DNA from: Balanoglossus misakiensis
Lineage: Eukaryota > Animalia > Hemichordata
Assembly (NCBI GenBank): GCA_040954595.2
Contig: CM082593.2
Location: 590,759 to 654,758 of the forward strand
DNA length: 64,000 nucleotides
Reading direction: 5' to 3'
In this document: piece by piece, positions 1 to 12,355 of the stretch
Layout: every line of letters begins with the position of its first letter
How positions within the stretch are numbered: position 1 is the first letter of the stretch
Program-made: the position numbers and the translations under genes
Notes under the pieces: model-generated
Told to the model about the DNA's origin: nothing
The model's input: the letters and a program-made list of their open reading frames with translations, nothing else
The model's database searches: none

Positions 1-1647
1 TCAGAAAGTTATTTTATCAAATGATCATAGGTTTTTAAAGTAATTTTATAACATGTATTCAGTGCTGCGCACAAAATGTATTTTTGAAGTCATTTTGACT
101 TTAGAAACTTATAAGGTTTTGTATTATCTAAGATTTGAATGGACCAACAAGTGTGCTCAATTTATTTGGTGTATGTTAAGAGAGAATGTCATGATAGAAT
201 GCAACATTCCGTTTGTTTTCATGTGTCAATGAATTTTTTAACAGGAGACTAAAAACCGATTCTCAAAGAGCGCCCTCACACAACGAGTCACAAAATGTAA
301 ACGTTTCGATGTACATGATATTACAGAGACATGTGGGTGGAACTTTAGTTTCCTAATAAAAAGTTTGAGGTGACAACTCATTTAATTTATGATGTTATTT
401 TTTACTATTGCTAAGTAAGGTAAAGGTTACTTCAATACGTGATATTGAAAACGTGTGTTCAGGTTGTAAATCAAACGAACTGTTTGAAAAACGAGATGCA
501 AACACCAAATGTCAAATCAAACAAAGCGAGTTATCATATCGTAAGGTACATCGACTGATTAGCTGCACGAATAGCATGTAAAGTTGTTTTCCTGTTTGGA
601 GTTGTCCAGTACAGGTGATTATAAATCAGTCAGAAACTAACTTAATTGCACCAAGCATGATCCGTCCGTCCATCCCCACACACACATAGAGAGAGAGCCA
701 ACAGAGACACAGACGTGCACACTAAAAGACACACCCAAACATGTTAAATAGAGAAGCAATAAAATGAGAAAAATAGGATATGTTAACAAGGGAAACGGCC
801 ATCAAGAAAAAACATCACAATATATTTCCCCAATACCTGTCACTTGTCAAATACTCTGACGCCTTTGGCAAATATCGATTTTACTGTACATCAACCATCA
901 TTTTTCATATGTCTAAACGTCAAGTTATGACACCTGGTCTCTTCTGACTTGTAACTGGATTTAGAGTGAGGGTTGAATTCGTTCAGAGTTATTTCGCATA
1001 TGCCGTTAGCCATGGGTTTTTTTCTGTCTGTGTGGGTTTACAGGTGTAACATTTGCCGACCGTACGTAAGCCTTCCCCCTAACGGAACAATTGCAATATT
1101 TTCGTTTCTACTGAGAGAACGAAACTTCGACCACCTGTTGCTGTCACTTCCATCGCATTTTAAGCTCATGAAAACGACACCATCACAGCTATACTGACCC
1201 GGCCCACATAGTCTGCGATTGCTACAAAGCTTGTTCGCGTGTCGGTCAGCAACCTGTTTTGTTATCAGAATATCAGGTCCCAGCTTGCAGCTACTGTATA
1301 AGAGAGACACCTTTGTCGCAAGGTTATTCTGTTATCAGATATAAGCTTCTCTCAGACTTATGTAATCAAAAAGATCAACAAGGGATCCTGCGTTTTGAAC
1401 ATTAGACACATGAAAGTGACACCGAAATGTGGTTTGCTTTCTGTCTGTCTGCCCTCACACTTCCCCGGCTGTCGTGTTTAATTGGCAAAAAATAACATGT
1501 TATAGCGAATGGAAGCTCTAAAATAATAAATAAGGAACTTTTAGCTGGGAATGACTGTAATCTTTGTTCAAATTTACACATTACTGTGCTTGTAGACACG
1601 CATGCGCAAGTGGTACAGTTTATGTTTGTTTTGCTGTGTGACATATA

Positions 1648-1808
1648 TCAGTATTTTGGTAATTTTGGATAGCGTCGTTACTAACAGTCAGAGTAGCACT
1701 GGACGAACATTTCACCGCCTCATTCTTGGATTCTGCTCGACAAATTCACGTGGTATGGTGTATGTCTGTCAGTAAGACACCAAACCGCGCACTTTAGTGT
1801 CCCATAAG
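1648..1808 (+). other. Putative non-coding first exon (5' UTR) of the cadherin gene
   Basis: Consensus donor AAG|GTAAGT at 1808/1809 and an Inr-like TCAGT at 1648. The ATG-containing exon has an upstream acceptor (ttgtag ending 3226), so a further 5' exon is expected. The start coordinate is a guess. Confidence 0.45.
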
Positions 1809-3261
1809 GTAAGTACTCTGAGTTTTTTTTCTGTTTTAAGTCTAGCAACTGCAGAAGCGTGTTTGGTCACGTGACACCATCGTTAACTTCTCCACATTTC
1901 TGAGGATTGCATGACGGTAGAACCCAGGAAAGATAATGGAATCGAACAACTTTTTTTCTTAAATATCGCCGAAAAAATTAAAAGATGGTATGGATAAGCT
2001 TATTATGATTTCAATACAGTTTTTCTTTTCCACGAATCATCTCAAGTTTATAAGTACGAGGCCCAAGAGCGAATTGGGATTTGGGAAAGACATACATTTA
2101 AATGTAGTCCTATATTCCATAAATAAATCGAATCGAAGTTTTGTGAGTTCTGTGGAAAAATCCATTTTATAGCTGTGACCCGGATGTCCCTCTTGCCAAC
2201 GTCTGGCGGTATCTTGACGTCATCACTCTCATAAAACCGAAGTTTTAGCGGGAAACACTGACTCGTGTGATTCTCTAAAAATTATCTGTCAAAACTTCGT
2301 GATAGTTAATTCATTTCTTCGATAGAATTTCCAAATGTTATGATCAGAAGTCCTTTTACTTATTCAGAACTATTTCCAGGGACGTCATTTCTCGTCTGCT
2401 GTTTCACGTCGATGATTTATGCGACTTATATGGCTCGTTTAACTGTTATGATTATCAAGTATTCGTTAACAAAACAACATACATCGGTTGCTGAAATAAC
2501 GTTCACCACACGAGAGAATTTGCAGTTTTTGTCCGTTCTGGCGTAAAGGTCCATGGGATACGATAGATTGGAGACGGGACGGGGTGAAATAGTGCGGCGA
2601 AAATCAGCAAACATCTATCCATGGACCATCAGCGTGTTTGCATGTCCAATTATAGCCACAGCTGTGTTCAGTTGAGAAAAGTGACTACTCGAGAAAACCG
2701 TCATAGTTCTGTAATTATTAAACCAAAAGTACACATGACGTGGCAGTCAGATTACTTCACGGTACAGCAGCAGATAAAAATAGAAAACCATTGAAGCCGC
2801 AAGTGATTTTCACAAATCGAAGTCAGGGTCCTTTGAAGTTGAACATGACAATTTGTCTGACACGTTGCTTTTCGCTGTAGGCCCTGAATATTTCCTTCAT
2901 GATCCAATCGGTGATTTTTCGGCGTTGCCACATGGCGGCGTTGCGTTCGCTCATGCGCACGATTGACCTTTGTGCGGGTGAAATGGTTTGACTTTATTCA
3001 CTCACGCAACTCCTGTCAATGCAGGCGGATGTTTCCATCAATTGGGAACGCGTCAGAAGTATTTACGGAAAATAAAGTTTCTTTTTGAGTTCCCGGATCA
3101 GATTCTATATTTGCAGAGTGTGCCCCCGCTATTTGCATGTGTCGACATCGTGCATTTGGAAGAGCCGCGCCTTTTGGTGTAATAGCTATTGTTGACAATA
3201 ATATTCAAGAATATTTTATGTTGTAGTGTTTGGTAGAACCCATCTTGATCCTAAGTTGAAG

Positions 3262-6200
3262 ATGTGGAAATCTCGAACAAGTAAGTGACTGGTTTCTGTT
3301 AGTCTTTTTATATAGTAGGTAATCAAAGCGTTCTTGCGGTATTGATGGTAAACTATAGAAAACATTTTCCTTCGATGATGCGCCATGATACATATAATCA
3401 AAAGTATTAAATCTCCATTCTCTCTCTCCCTCTTCTTTGTCTGTCTGTCTGTCTGTCTGCCTGTCTCACTCCTCTCCCACTCTCTCAAACTCAGTCGGTA
3501 TCGTCATCTGTGTTTGGATCTGTCAACAAACAACTTTGACAGAAGGAGGTAAGCGTATTGCTTAGTGATGTGGGGATATGACTTACTACGTGAACACAGT
3601 CCCTCTTTCCCTATGAGACTTTTGACCGTATACAAGTTTTAGAAAAATATATTGTAATTGTCATGGTTAAATATGCATCACGTGATTATTCTTGTTTTTC
3701 ATTTCTGAATCCGGCTTATGAAGCTATTTGTGATTTTGGAAAAGCGAATGATGAAGCGTATCCAATCGAAGAATCTCCAATAGGTAAGTGGCAGTCCCAT
3801 TGATGTAGATGAGATTGCTTGCAAACACAATGTACACGGCAATAAATGCAATCTCAGGGAGAAAACGAAAGTTGGTCATGTTTCAGATCTCGAACACAAA
3901 AGAAACTGAATATATTTACGTCTCACTATTCGTCTCATGATTATTTCCCCATTGCAGGGTCAACAATTTACGCGTTCCCCGTAGAGGGCGACCCATCTGA
4001 TTTAACACTGAGTATTGAAGATTGTAATAAGTATGATGGCAAATTAACATGTGATTATGTTTTCGAGATCGTCGGCAAAAACCTTACTTGGAAAATAGAG
4101 TTCGACTTGGAATCGGAAAATGTGAGTAAGACGAATAGCATCATTTTCATTGGCGGACAGTGTCTAGTCACCAGACACACACCACAACTTGGATAAGGCA
4201 AAATTTGACTCATAAAAACATGATCGTAGGATGCATACTTGTAAACTAGTAGAATATTTGGTGGAACGATACTTGAAATGCCTCTGTTTTCTTTGAAGGT
4301 GACATGCGAAGATGCCTACCAGATGACCATAACATGTACGCCAACAGGCAGCGGCAGTTCACAGGTAATGTAGCCCATGAACAACAATCAATGGAAGTTG
4401 ATAAATTAATTGAAAGAATTCTAACGACCTCACAAGGTTGTTTTCCATTCCTACCATCGTTTTTGCACAAACTTGTTTTCCTTTGGGTGATCACAAGAGG
4501 TCGGAACACACACACACAGGCAATTCTTATCACATTTCTTTTGCAGACGTTTTTACTGTTTGTGTTCATACGAGACAAGAACGATTTTGCGCCAGAATTT
4601 CAAAAAACGCCATATCTTGTCGACGTACCAGAGGTAGGTCAGATTATAGTTGTTTAACATATCACGTTTGGTTTTCAAACAATTATTAGTACCCTTTAGT
4701 ACATACATTTGCGTTCGTGTGTACACATGTATATCACACGTCATCTAACTACAGAATACACTTTGAGTTATTACTATTTTTCTTTCAGTTAACGCCTACT
4801 GGAAGTACTGTATTTACTGTCAGTGCCACGGACCAAGATTGTGACGCCGACAATCCATTTTACAGTATCATTGACGTGAGTATGTGAAGCATTGTCGTGA
4901 ATAAAACTTATCTGAAACTTCTTGTATTTGTATCCATTGCAGACCTAATAGTAAAGGGAGACGATCGTCTTATGCGCATGTGAGAAACCAAAGACGAAAT
5001 TACGCACATGTGAATAAGACGATTCGTCGGCATTTAAGTCTTCACTTGGCACGCCTTGTGTGGAAAAACCGACCAACTTCCAGTTTACAGTGATGGAATA
5101 GAATCGTATAATGTTGTGAAAATGTCACCGTCTCTTTTTACCATTCAAGGGTGACGGATCAGACAACTTTGATTTTGCATCGATAAATACGCCCTCTATC
5201 GTTATTACGGCACCACTGGATTACGAAACGAAAAAATCGTATAGTCTCACATTGCTTGTTGATGTAAGTATTACTGTTGGCATCTTACTAACAATATCTT
5301 CAAATTATAGATCCTGCTGAAACCTCTTTAATGACAAGATTTGAAAATATACTAAAGACATTTTCATCCCCGTAGGACCAGGCTAGTTTGAATTCAACAA
5401 CAACTCTGGAAATAAATATCACTGATGATGACGACCTGGGGCCTATATTTGAACAGACGCAATACACAGCAGAAGTTTTTGAGAACGAAAAGGACATCAC
5501 CCTGACGGTAGTTGAAAGTATACATGCGTATGACCAAGACACTGCTATAGACGAACCTGTATATTACAGTTTTGACGGTAAGAGATACTTGCGATCCGAT
5601 GTTCTGGATATTTTAAGTTAAAACGAAAACATTCTATTTTTGTTTCAAGAAAATCTGAAACATAAGGACCTCGGTTACCATGTAATATGAACACTATCAA
5701 TTGCTTTCTCTATAGGGCATATGGAATAAGTCCACGCGAAGTCCAGTTTCATTTACTAAAACGTGTTTGCACATTAGTTTTGACCACAGTCTTTCTAATA
5801 GAGGGACTGTGTTTTGACGCACAATCAAAACGAAAGCCATCCAGGTACATTAGTTCACCAAGTATGCTTTTGAATATTTTACATCCACAGACCCAGAGAA
5901 GGCCAACGATTATATCCTGCAAAACGAATATCTATCTATCGACAGCACAAATGCTACTATCCGAGTGATTAAGGAATTTGACAGAGAGATGACATCGAAT
6001 GGAGAAATGTCATTTGTATTGAGGGTAGGGCATACATCACAAATTATTAGTAGTACTTCAAAGGGGACAATAGTCAAAATACCGGAATTGATGACGTAAA
6101 CTTTCACGTTGTCGTGAATTGGCTTGTTTACCAATTAAGAGAATCCTTTGTCACAAGTTCCTGATTTTGTGAACATTTCATCGTCAACATTTGTCAACAG

Positions 6201-8815
6201 GCTGCCGAAAACAAAACCAAAGGCTACGAGTTTTATTCTTATCGAGACACACAAGCATCTCTGGTGATCACCATTGTGGATGTCAACGACAATGTACCCC
6301 AGTTTCAAACATTCATGTACGAAGAAGTTACACAGGATGGAGAAGTAAGGATTGTCATGAAGTGTGCAGTGTTCAAAAATATGTCGTTTGAAGTTTAGAA
6401 AAGATAAATACTGTCACCTCGGATATGCATGAAAATGCCTATTTAAGAACCTTGGTCATTTCGGAGAGATAAATTAGGATAATTGTTAATTTTTAATGAT
6501 AAATTATAAAACGTATGGGGTTTCTTTGCAGTCTATTACATGAACTACTAATATCACTCACGTTTTTATTCGTCAAAGGTAATATTTTACGTGGAAGAAA
6601 TGATAGTTAATTCCACATTTGTTGGTCGTGTCTTTGCAACTGATGACGATATCGGGATAAATGCCAACGTGACATTCACAATCGACGGTAAATATAATGT
6701 ACTCATGTTTATTCATACAACTCTACAATCTTGATTCTCGCATCAGTGGCGTGTGACTTGCCTTGATCATGTTGGCTGTTCTATCTGGTAAATCGATTTG
6801 TTGCCAGATATAGGGAGGGAATTGTCCACGGTGCATCCGCACGGTACGACGACTGGACCGCCTATCCAGCCTCAGTTTTCTACGCGTGCGCATCAAACTA
6901 ACATTTTGCAACGGAAAGTATTAGTACTTTGCCTTTCGTCGTGTGTTCCCTATTAGCGCATGTTTTGAGGGAAGGTCACAGCACTGGTCTAAATCTCTTG
7001 TCACAATATGAATCTTTTGCAGCCGGTAATGAAGGAGGAGCGTTCAAGATCGACGGCTCGACTGGAAGAATTTACACCAACGCATCCCTGGATTACTCTC
7101 AGATCAAACAATACAATCTGACAATATCAGCAGCAAACACCTACGCACAAACCAACAGTGACGTCACATCGCAACTGGGGGTCATTATCAGAGTGATAGA
7201 TGTCAATAACCACGCACCAGAATTCACTAACGCCCCTTATCAGGAAACTGTCTCGGTGATGTCAGATGTCGGTCTTTCAATCTTGACGGTTGAAACAACG
7301 GATGATGATGAAGTAAGAATTGAAGAACACATTTGATTTTCGACCCATGAAATATGCATGTACATCAGTCCATCCCACGACAAGATTTCTCCGCTGTGAT
7401 GTGGTTGAAACAGCTACATGTATCTATGCAAATGCAACTAGATCATTCTCTGTCTCGAAAGATGTCGAAAGCGAGAGCTACTCAAAAATGAACCCAGCAC
7501 AGTATCAAACTCCGCCCATGTAAACGGACATGTCTTTTTCAGGGTCTGAATAGTGAAGTGTCATATGCATTAGAAGTATATTGTGACGATATAGACGTTT
7601 GTCAGAGAGATGCCCTGGTATATTTCGCTATAGACAGAGATGATGGCATCTTATCTGTTGCGACATCATTCCCACCGATGGAAGACATTTTAAACGAATT
7701 TCAGGTATGAATTATAATCAGTTGTGTTAATATTCTTTCGTATGCTTTAAAGAAAGAGACAGACAGACAGATTGTCAGACAGGCAGACATTAAGCAGATG
7801 CTTTTTCTTTAAGATGTAAACATATTGGTGTCACTTTCTATTTTCAGTTTTACATCGTGGCGATTGATAACGGCTCTCCACGACTTAGTGCTCAAAGTCT
7901 GGCAACTATTAGAGTACAAGATCCTTCCTTCAGGCAACCCACGTTCCCGGTTTCTGAACACAGGTAAAAACCAGGACGAAAGTCCTAACAAATCATCATG
8001 GGTTATAATGGGGGGGGGGGGGTGGTACTAAGTTCATTTCATCCAAATTGACCTTGGCATCTGATGCCAAATGATCTCTTTCAGAGCCAATTTCACCGAA
8101 GAACAAGACCCACACGCCAGTTATGAATTACTGCCGATTCCTGAATCCGAATCCGATGCTGACTTTGTGGTCTACACTTTTACGGGTGGCGATTGTCAAT
8201 ATACAGGTTCGTGCAGAATCGTAGCTAGTGTTCAATTGATTCCATTTCTAAGCACGAACGCTTTGACTAAACTTCACCTTTGCACCTTGGATAACTTGGG
8301 CTGATGGGGATTACGCTTTAACACTAAGTTGAATGACAGCAAGCTAAACAACTTACCAGTGTTGATAAAATTTCTGTATCACTTCATCCAACAGATCATT
8401 TTATGTTGTCCAGCAATGGATCCGCATGTGTACTTAGCAACGCCGTCGAATTAGACAGGGAGACGGTTGGGTCGTACACGTTCGTTGTTACGGCAACGGT
8501 CAATGTGTCAGAAAGCCAACCATGTTACGCAGACTTGAGTAAGTTGGTCTGAAACTAACGTGACATTAAAGTAGAATAAATTGAAAATGGTCCATTTTGA
8601 CCACAATTTGCCCCATCCCCCGCTCACTCTAACACACCTTTCATTGCTTTTGTTGCAGACTTAGACAGACTGGTGCCGAATCAGTTATTGCTCCATGTTG
8701 ACGTCATGGACATAAATGAACAACCCGTCTTCAATCAAACAGTGTTTTTCATAGGTATCCATGACAACACGCCTTACGGTACATCACTTCTTCAAGTTCA
8801 GGTTCGTACAGTTAT

Positions 8816-8898
<83 letters not shown>

Positions 8899-11683
8899 AT
8901 CGACATTTTACCATCAGGCTGTGGACAATGACAATGGTATCAATGCAACACTGTGCTATCAACAAAAACAAAGCGAAGACTATGAACAATTCAACGTTGC
9001 CTGTGAGTTAGGTGACGTGTATTCTTCTCGAAATGATTTCATCGGTTATTCTGGTGTCACCGGAGAAAACTTGTTGTCCTTCCCTGTATATGCAACAGAC
9101 AGAGCAGGATTGGATGGTTCTAGTGATGGACTAAACTCCAGCAATACTGCAGAGGTCAAGGTTAGAAAGTTTCTTCCCTAGCTAAAATTTAAAAAAAAGT
9201 ATTATGACAAGAACAACTGCCATGAACACTGACAGATGGTCGCGTAATCCGTTAAGTACAGTATGATATAACTGCATTTAAATTAGCATTTTGTGTCTCA
9301 TAATTAGGTGCATATTTTACGCGTAGATGAATACTGCGTCATGGAATCCGGATTAGATCCTGCTTACATCTCCGGGAATGTGCAACAGATCCTGGGGTAT
9401 GACGATCACTTTTATATTTTTTGGAATTTGAGTTATGAATTTACAAGAAAATAAACAAATATAGCAGCCCCTGTGAAACTGTGTTAACATATGAAATGAT
9501 GAACACAATATTTAATATTTGATATCAAATATCTCTCCTATTGTCTCGGCAGGGAATTGACGTATTTGTTTGGATTCACGTATATGTTCGATTCTGTCCG
9601 GATATCACCGAGCGAGTCAGGAAAGGTTGATGTCAAGTAAGTATATATGTGACATATTTTGCTTCGGTTTTAATCGAATCTCAGACACTGAATTGGCAAA
9701 GAAAAGTTTCTACGATAAAAACACAGTTAAAATGTATACAATCTGTGTATTTACCCTTTCAATCCCCCGCAATACTAACTTGTGGGTTTTATAATCGCTC
9801 TTTTCCGTTTTGTTGAAAGGACGGATATTTGGTTCTACGTTGTCAAAGAAGAAGATTACAGCGTATTGCCATGCAGAGATTTTATACAGTAAGTCTGTCT
9901 CGATTTTTTTTCGGTTGGGGGTTACCATGGTGACACAACGTGTCACTTAAACAATGATATTTGTTGTATATCAATCTATCTGTGCATTCCAGGCTATCTG
10001 AGGAAATCCTGACAGTGTCAAACGACGTTGGAGTAAAACAATATAGCACCACCCCCGAGAAGTTCACGAATGACTGGTTATTCACAGGCTTCTATGAACT
10101 CTCAACGAGAACCCAGAAATACAAGACAACGGAGCAAATGACGATGGGGCCAATACTGTTAATAGCTCTTGCCGTTGGTGTATTGTTTTTTTCAATTATT
10201 GTCATCATCTATCTATTGATAGAAGACAGGTAAGAACATAGAGTAGGCCTATGCAAGTCAGGATCAGAGTTGATTTGGTAAAAACAACAAAAGTTATTTT
10301 CAAAAGCTGACTACTGGGAATTTAGCTTGATCTGGGGCTAAACTGAAGTTGATACACAGAAGAAAATTAATGCACAATAACCACTCCGGTGTAACATGTG
10401 TAACTGTAATCGTGTCTTTGTCGTCAATTTGCAGATACAGCCAGAAGAAGTTGCTTCGACAAAAACAATTCTGGGAAAGAATCGCCGCACTGTATGTATA
10501 CTGATATTTTCTATTTCGATGAGATTACATTATGGATAGGATTTCACCAGACTGACGTGGTTTGGCTGCTTGCTATAACCACAATGTCCACCCTTTCTTA
10601 CTTTCAGAAATCAACCCTTGACACTGGATCAAGTTTCAGGCGAGACAAGGTAACCATTTATAGAAAACCCAATAGCAAACTTTACTGATGACCAAGAAAC
10701 TACAGACCATGCCAATTATATCACTTTTGCATAGAAACTCTAGACGCCTTTTTTTTCGCCGGGTCATCATATTTCTGCCTTCTGTTTTTTTGTATGTACA
10801 TCACAGCGACGAGAAGGCGTTACTTGATACCGGTACAGAAATGGACCCAGACTGGTTAGAGGCCTTCACTCGAGTTACCGAGACAGAGAAAATTGTCTCA
10901 CGTACAATCATTCTGGAAGAGCAGGTTTGAAACTTTAGATATTTTATTCAAATCTATCATGATGGAAATGATATGAAATCTTGGCCCAAGCGTTGGTGTC
11001 GCTGTTTAGTGACCACGCAACTGTCCGGATGTGGAGATTCCAGTTTGTTGAAATTTCTGGTAAAAGTGAACATTTTGGATTTTTTATTCCATTTCCAGGA
11101 ACTCTCAATGGATCTGTTACAAGACGCGACCTCTGACCTGGGCGATAACTGGTCTTACACGGAGCGACTTGATGCATTGGAAAAGATCGAGCCGGTTGCT
11201 GTTGACAACCCGTGTTTCACTGATGACGAGCAGGAGAGGGTAAATGAGATGACGTCACCAGGAACTGAAGCAAATGCTGTAAACGGATCGGGAGATGGAG
11301 AACACAGCGATGAATCCCAGAGAGACGAAGTACCAGAGCAGACTCCACCGTCGACATCAACAGGTGTCCCTGGTGTCCTGGCCGCTGAAGATGACGCTGC
11401 CCACCAAGGACCAGAGATACCGCAGACTGATGTCGCATTAGCGCCGAGTGACATTCAGGAACATCCAAATTTCACCTGGGCGCCTCTGCCACCACCGATA
11501 CAAGACAACGAAGCACACATCGACGACAATCGCCAAGACGAGCAGACAGATAATGGCGAGGGACAATCAGAGGAACCCACGCAGGCGCACAAACCAGCAG
11601 TGGTTACGTTCAGTGATGTCGTCGTGGAGCACTATGGTGACCGATTTCCCGACGAACCAAAAGATGTTGTCACGTCTTTCTAA
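3262..11683 (+). CDS. Non-classical cadherin-related protein (PCDH15/Cad99C/CDH23/CDHR-like): signal peptide, 7 EC repeats, membrane-adjacent domain, TM helix, acidic tail with PDZ-type C-terminus; 1246 aa
   Basis: 27 phase-consistent GT-AG exons: 3262-3280, 3495-3548, 3724-3783, 3958-4121, 4299-4364, 4547-4633, 4789-4875, 5150-5263, 5376-5577, 5891-6024, 6201-6344, 6579-6687, 7023-7312, 7543-7704, 7848-7963, 8085-8206, 8395-8538, 8659-8801, 8918-9160, 9308-9396, 9553-9636, 9820-9888, 9993-10229, 10435-10491, 10608-10649, 10807-10924, 11099-11683 (3741 nt). N-terminus MWKSRTIGIVICVWICQQTTLTEG. Cadherin motifs DKNDFAPEF, DQD, LDYE, DDDDLGPIF, FDRE, DVNDNVPQF, DVNNHAPEF, LDRE, DINEQPVF, DND. 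TM ILLIALAVGVLFFSIIVIIYLLI. Ends DVVTSF*. Confidence 0.93.
3420..3486 (+). repeat. (TC)n/(TGTC)n pyrimidine-rich simple repeat in cadherin intron 1
   Basis: tctctctccc...tgtctgtctgtctgtctgtctg, running into the polypyrimidine tract of acceptor 3494. Confidence 0.8.
4941..5040. repeat. Small foldback (MITE-like) element in cadherin intron 7
   Basis: GACGATCGTCTTATGCGCATGTG (4960-4982) versus the reverse complement of 5005-5028, GACGAATCGTCTTATTCACATGTG. The outer ends AGACCTAA (4941) and TTAAGTCT (5040) are also nearly inverted. Confidence 0.6.
8816..8898 (+). repeat. (ATG)27 trinucleotide microsatellite in cadherin intron 18
   Basis: Perfect ATG tandem inside the 116-nt intron 8802-8917. 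Confidence 0.98.
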
Positions 11684-12015
11684 AACTCAAATCATCAGAA
11701 AATATATATGCGCATGATTGCCACATTTATTGGACACTTTAGTCAGATTTGTCACATGTTAGAAATTGACTTTTATCGCTTTTTATTTTAAAAATCGAAA
11801 CAAATGTACATGGCGATCTTGTGTGTCAAAGCAGATGCACCTATAAACGTCATCCACAAATTTGCATGTCATACATTGTATTTGCATGATCACCTGGGCA
11901 GCACAACCTCATATACATATTGACTTATAAACAGAAGCGGTTGAATCTGTTGTACGATAATTTTAAAAAGTGATTTGACATTTACTGATAATGATGAAGA
12001 CGACAGATGTATTTT

Positions 12016-12068
12016 AATAAAATGAATTTTTTGAAGAGCTTGTGGAGAATAGTCCTTACGTAAATAAA
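12016..12068 (+). terminator. Candidate polyadenylation signals of the cadherin gene
   Basis: AATAAA at 12016-12021 and 12063-12068, about 330-380 nt after the stop codon and just before the next promoter. Confidence 0.55.
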
Positions 12069-12125
12069 AAGATCAAATTCAATTTCTCCCAGTCGCGCTT
12101 GCTACTTGATTGTTAAAAGAATTAG

Positions 12126-12223
12126 CCAATTGGCCAACCTTTATTCAAATTAAACAATGAACTCATCAACCAGATGGGCTGTAGTGTCTGACGTCATCGA
12201 ATTACCAAACTGCATTGGCCAAT
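12126..12223 (+). promoter_or_regulatory. Proximal promoter of the CUB gene: CCAAT boxes and a full CRE
   Basis: CCAATTGG at 12126-12133, palindromic TGACGTCA at 12189-12196 and ATTGGCCAAT at 12214-12223, all 130-230 nt upstream of ATG 12356. Confidence 0.55.
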
Positions 12224-12355
12224 CGGTGAACGATTAGATTTTGCTCGTGAATATCAAGCAGTGGGTCAGATGATCATCCCACACTGTTCAAGTGAAGCAA
12301 CGAGTGGTGCGATCAGAAAGACGGTGGTTTCTTCAAGTAGCAGTTCATCTTCTCA

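Noticed and set aside
1990-2622. Possible MITE bounded by ATGGATA...TATCCAT
   Set aside because: Only 7 bp of inverted match, no clear TSD and no second copy in the window.
8798-8989. Poly-His ORF on the - strand
   Set aside because: It is the antisense reading of the intronic (ATG)n microsatellite and exon 19.
9570-9794. ORF 'MDSRICSILSGYHRAS' as a cadherin exon
   Set aside because: Wrong frame. The phase-consistent exon 9553-9636 reads ELTYLFGFTYMFDSVRISPSESGKVDV and uses the GTAAGT donor at 9637.
11155-11717. Overlapping alternative-frame and antisense ORFs in the last cadherin exon
   Set aside because: Expected by-products of a GC-richer coding exon; no motifs or independent splice or start signals.
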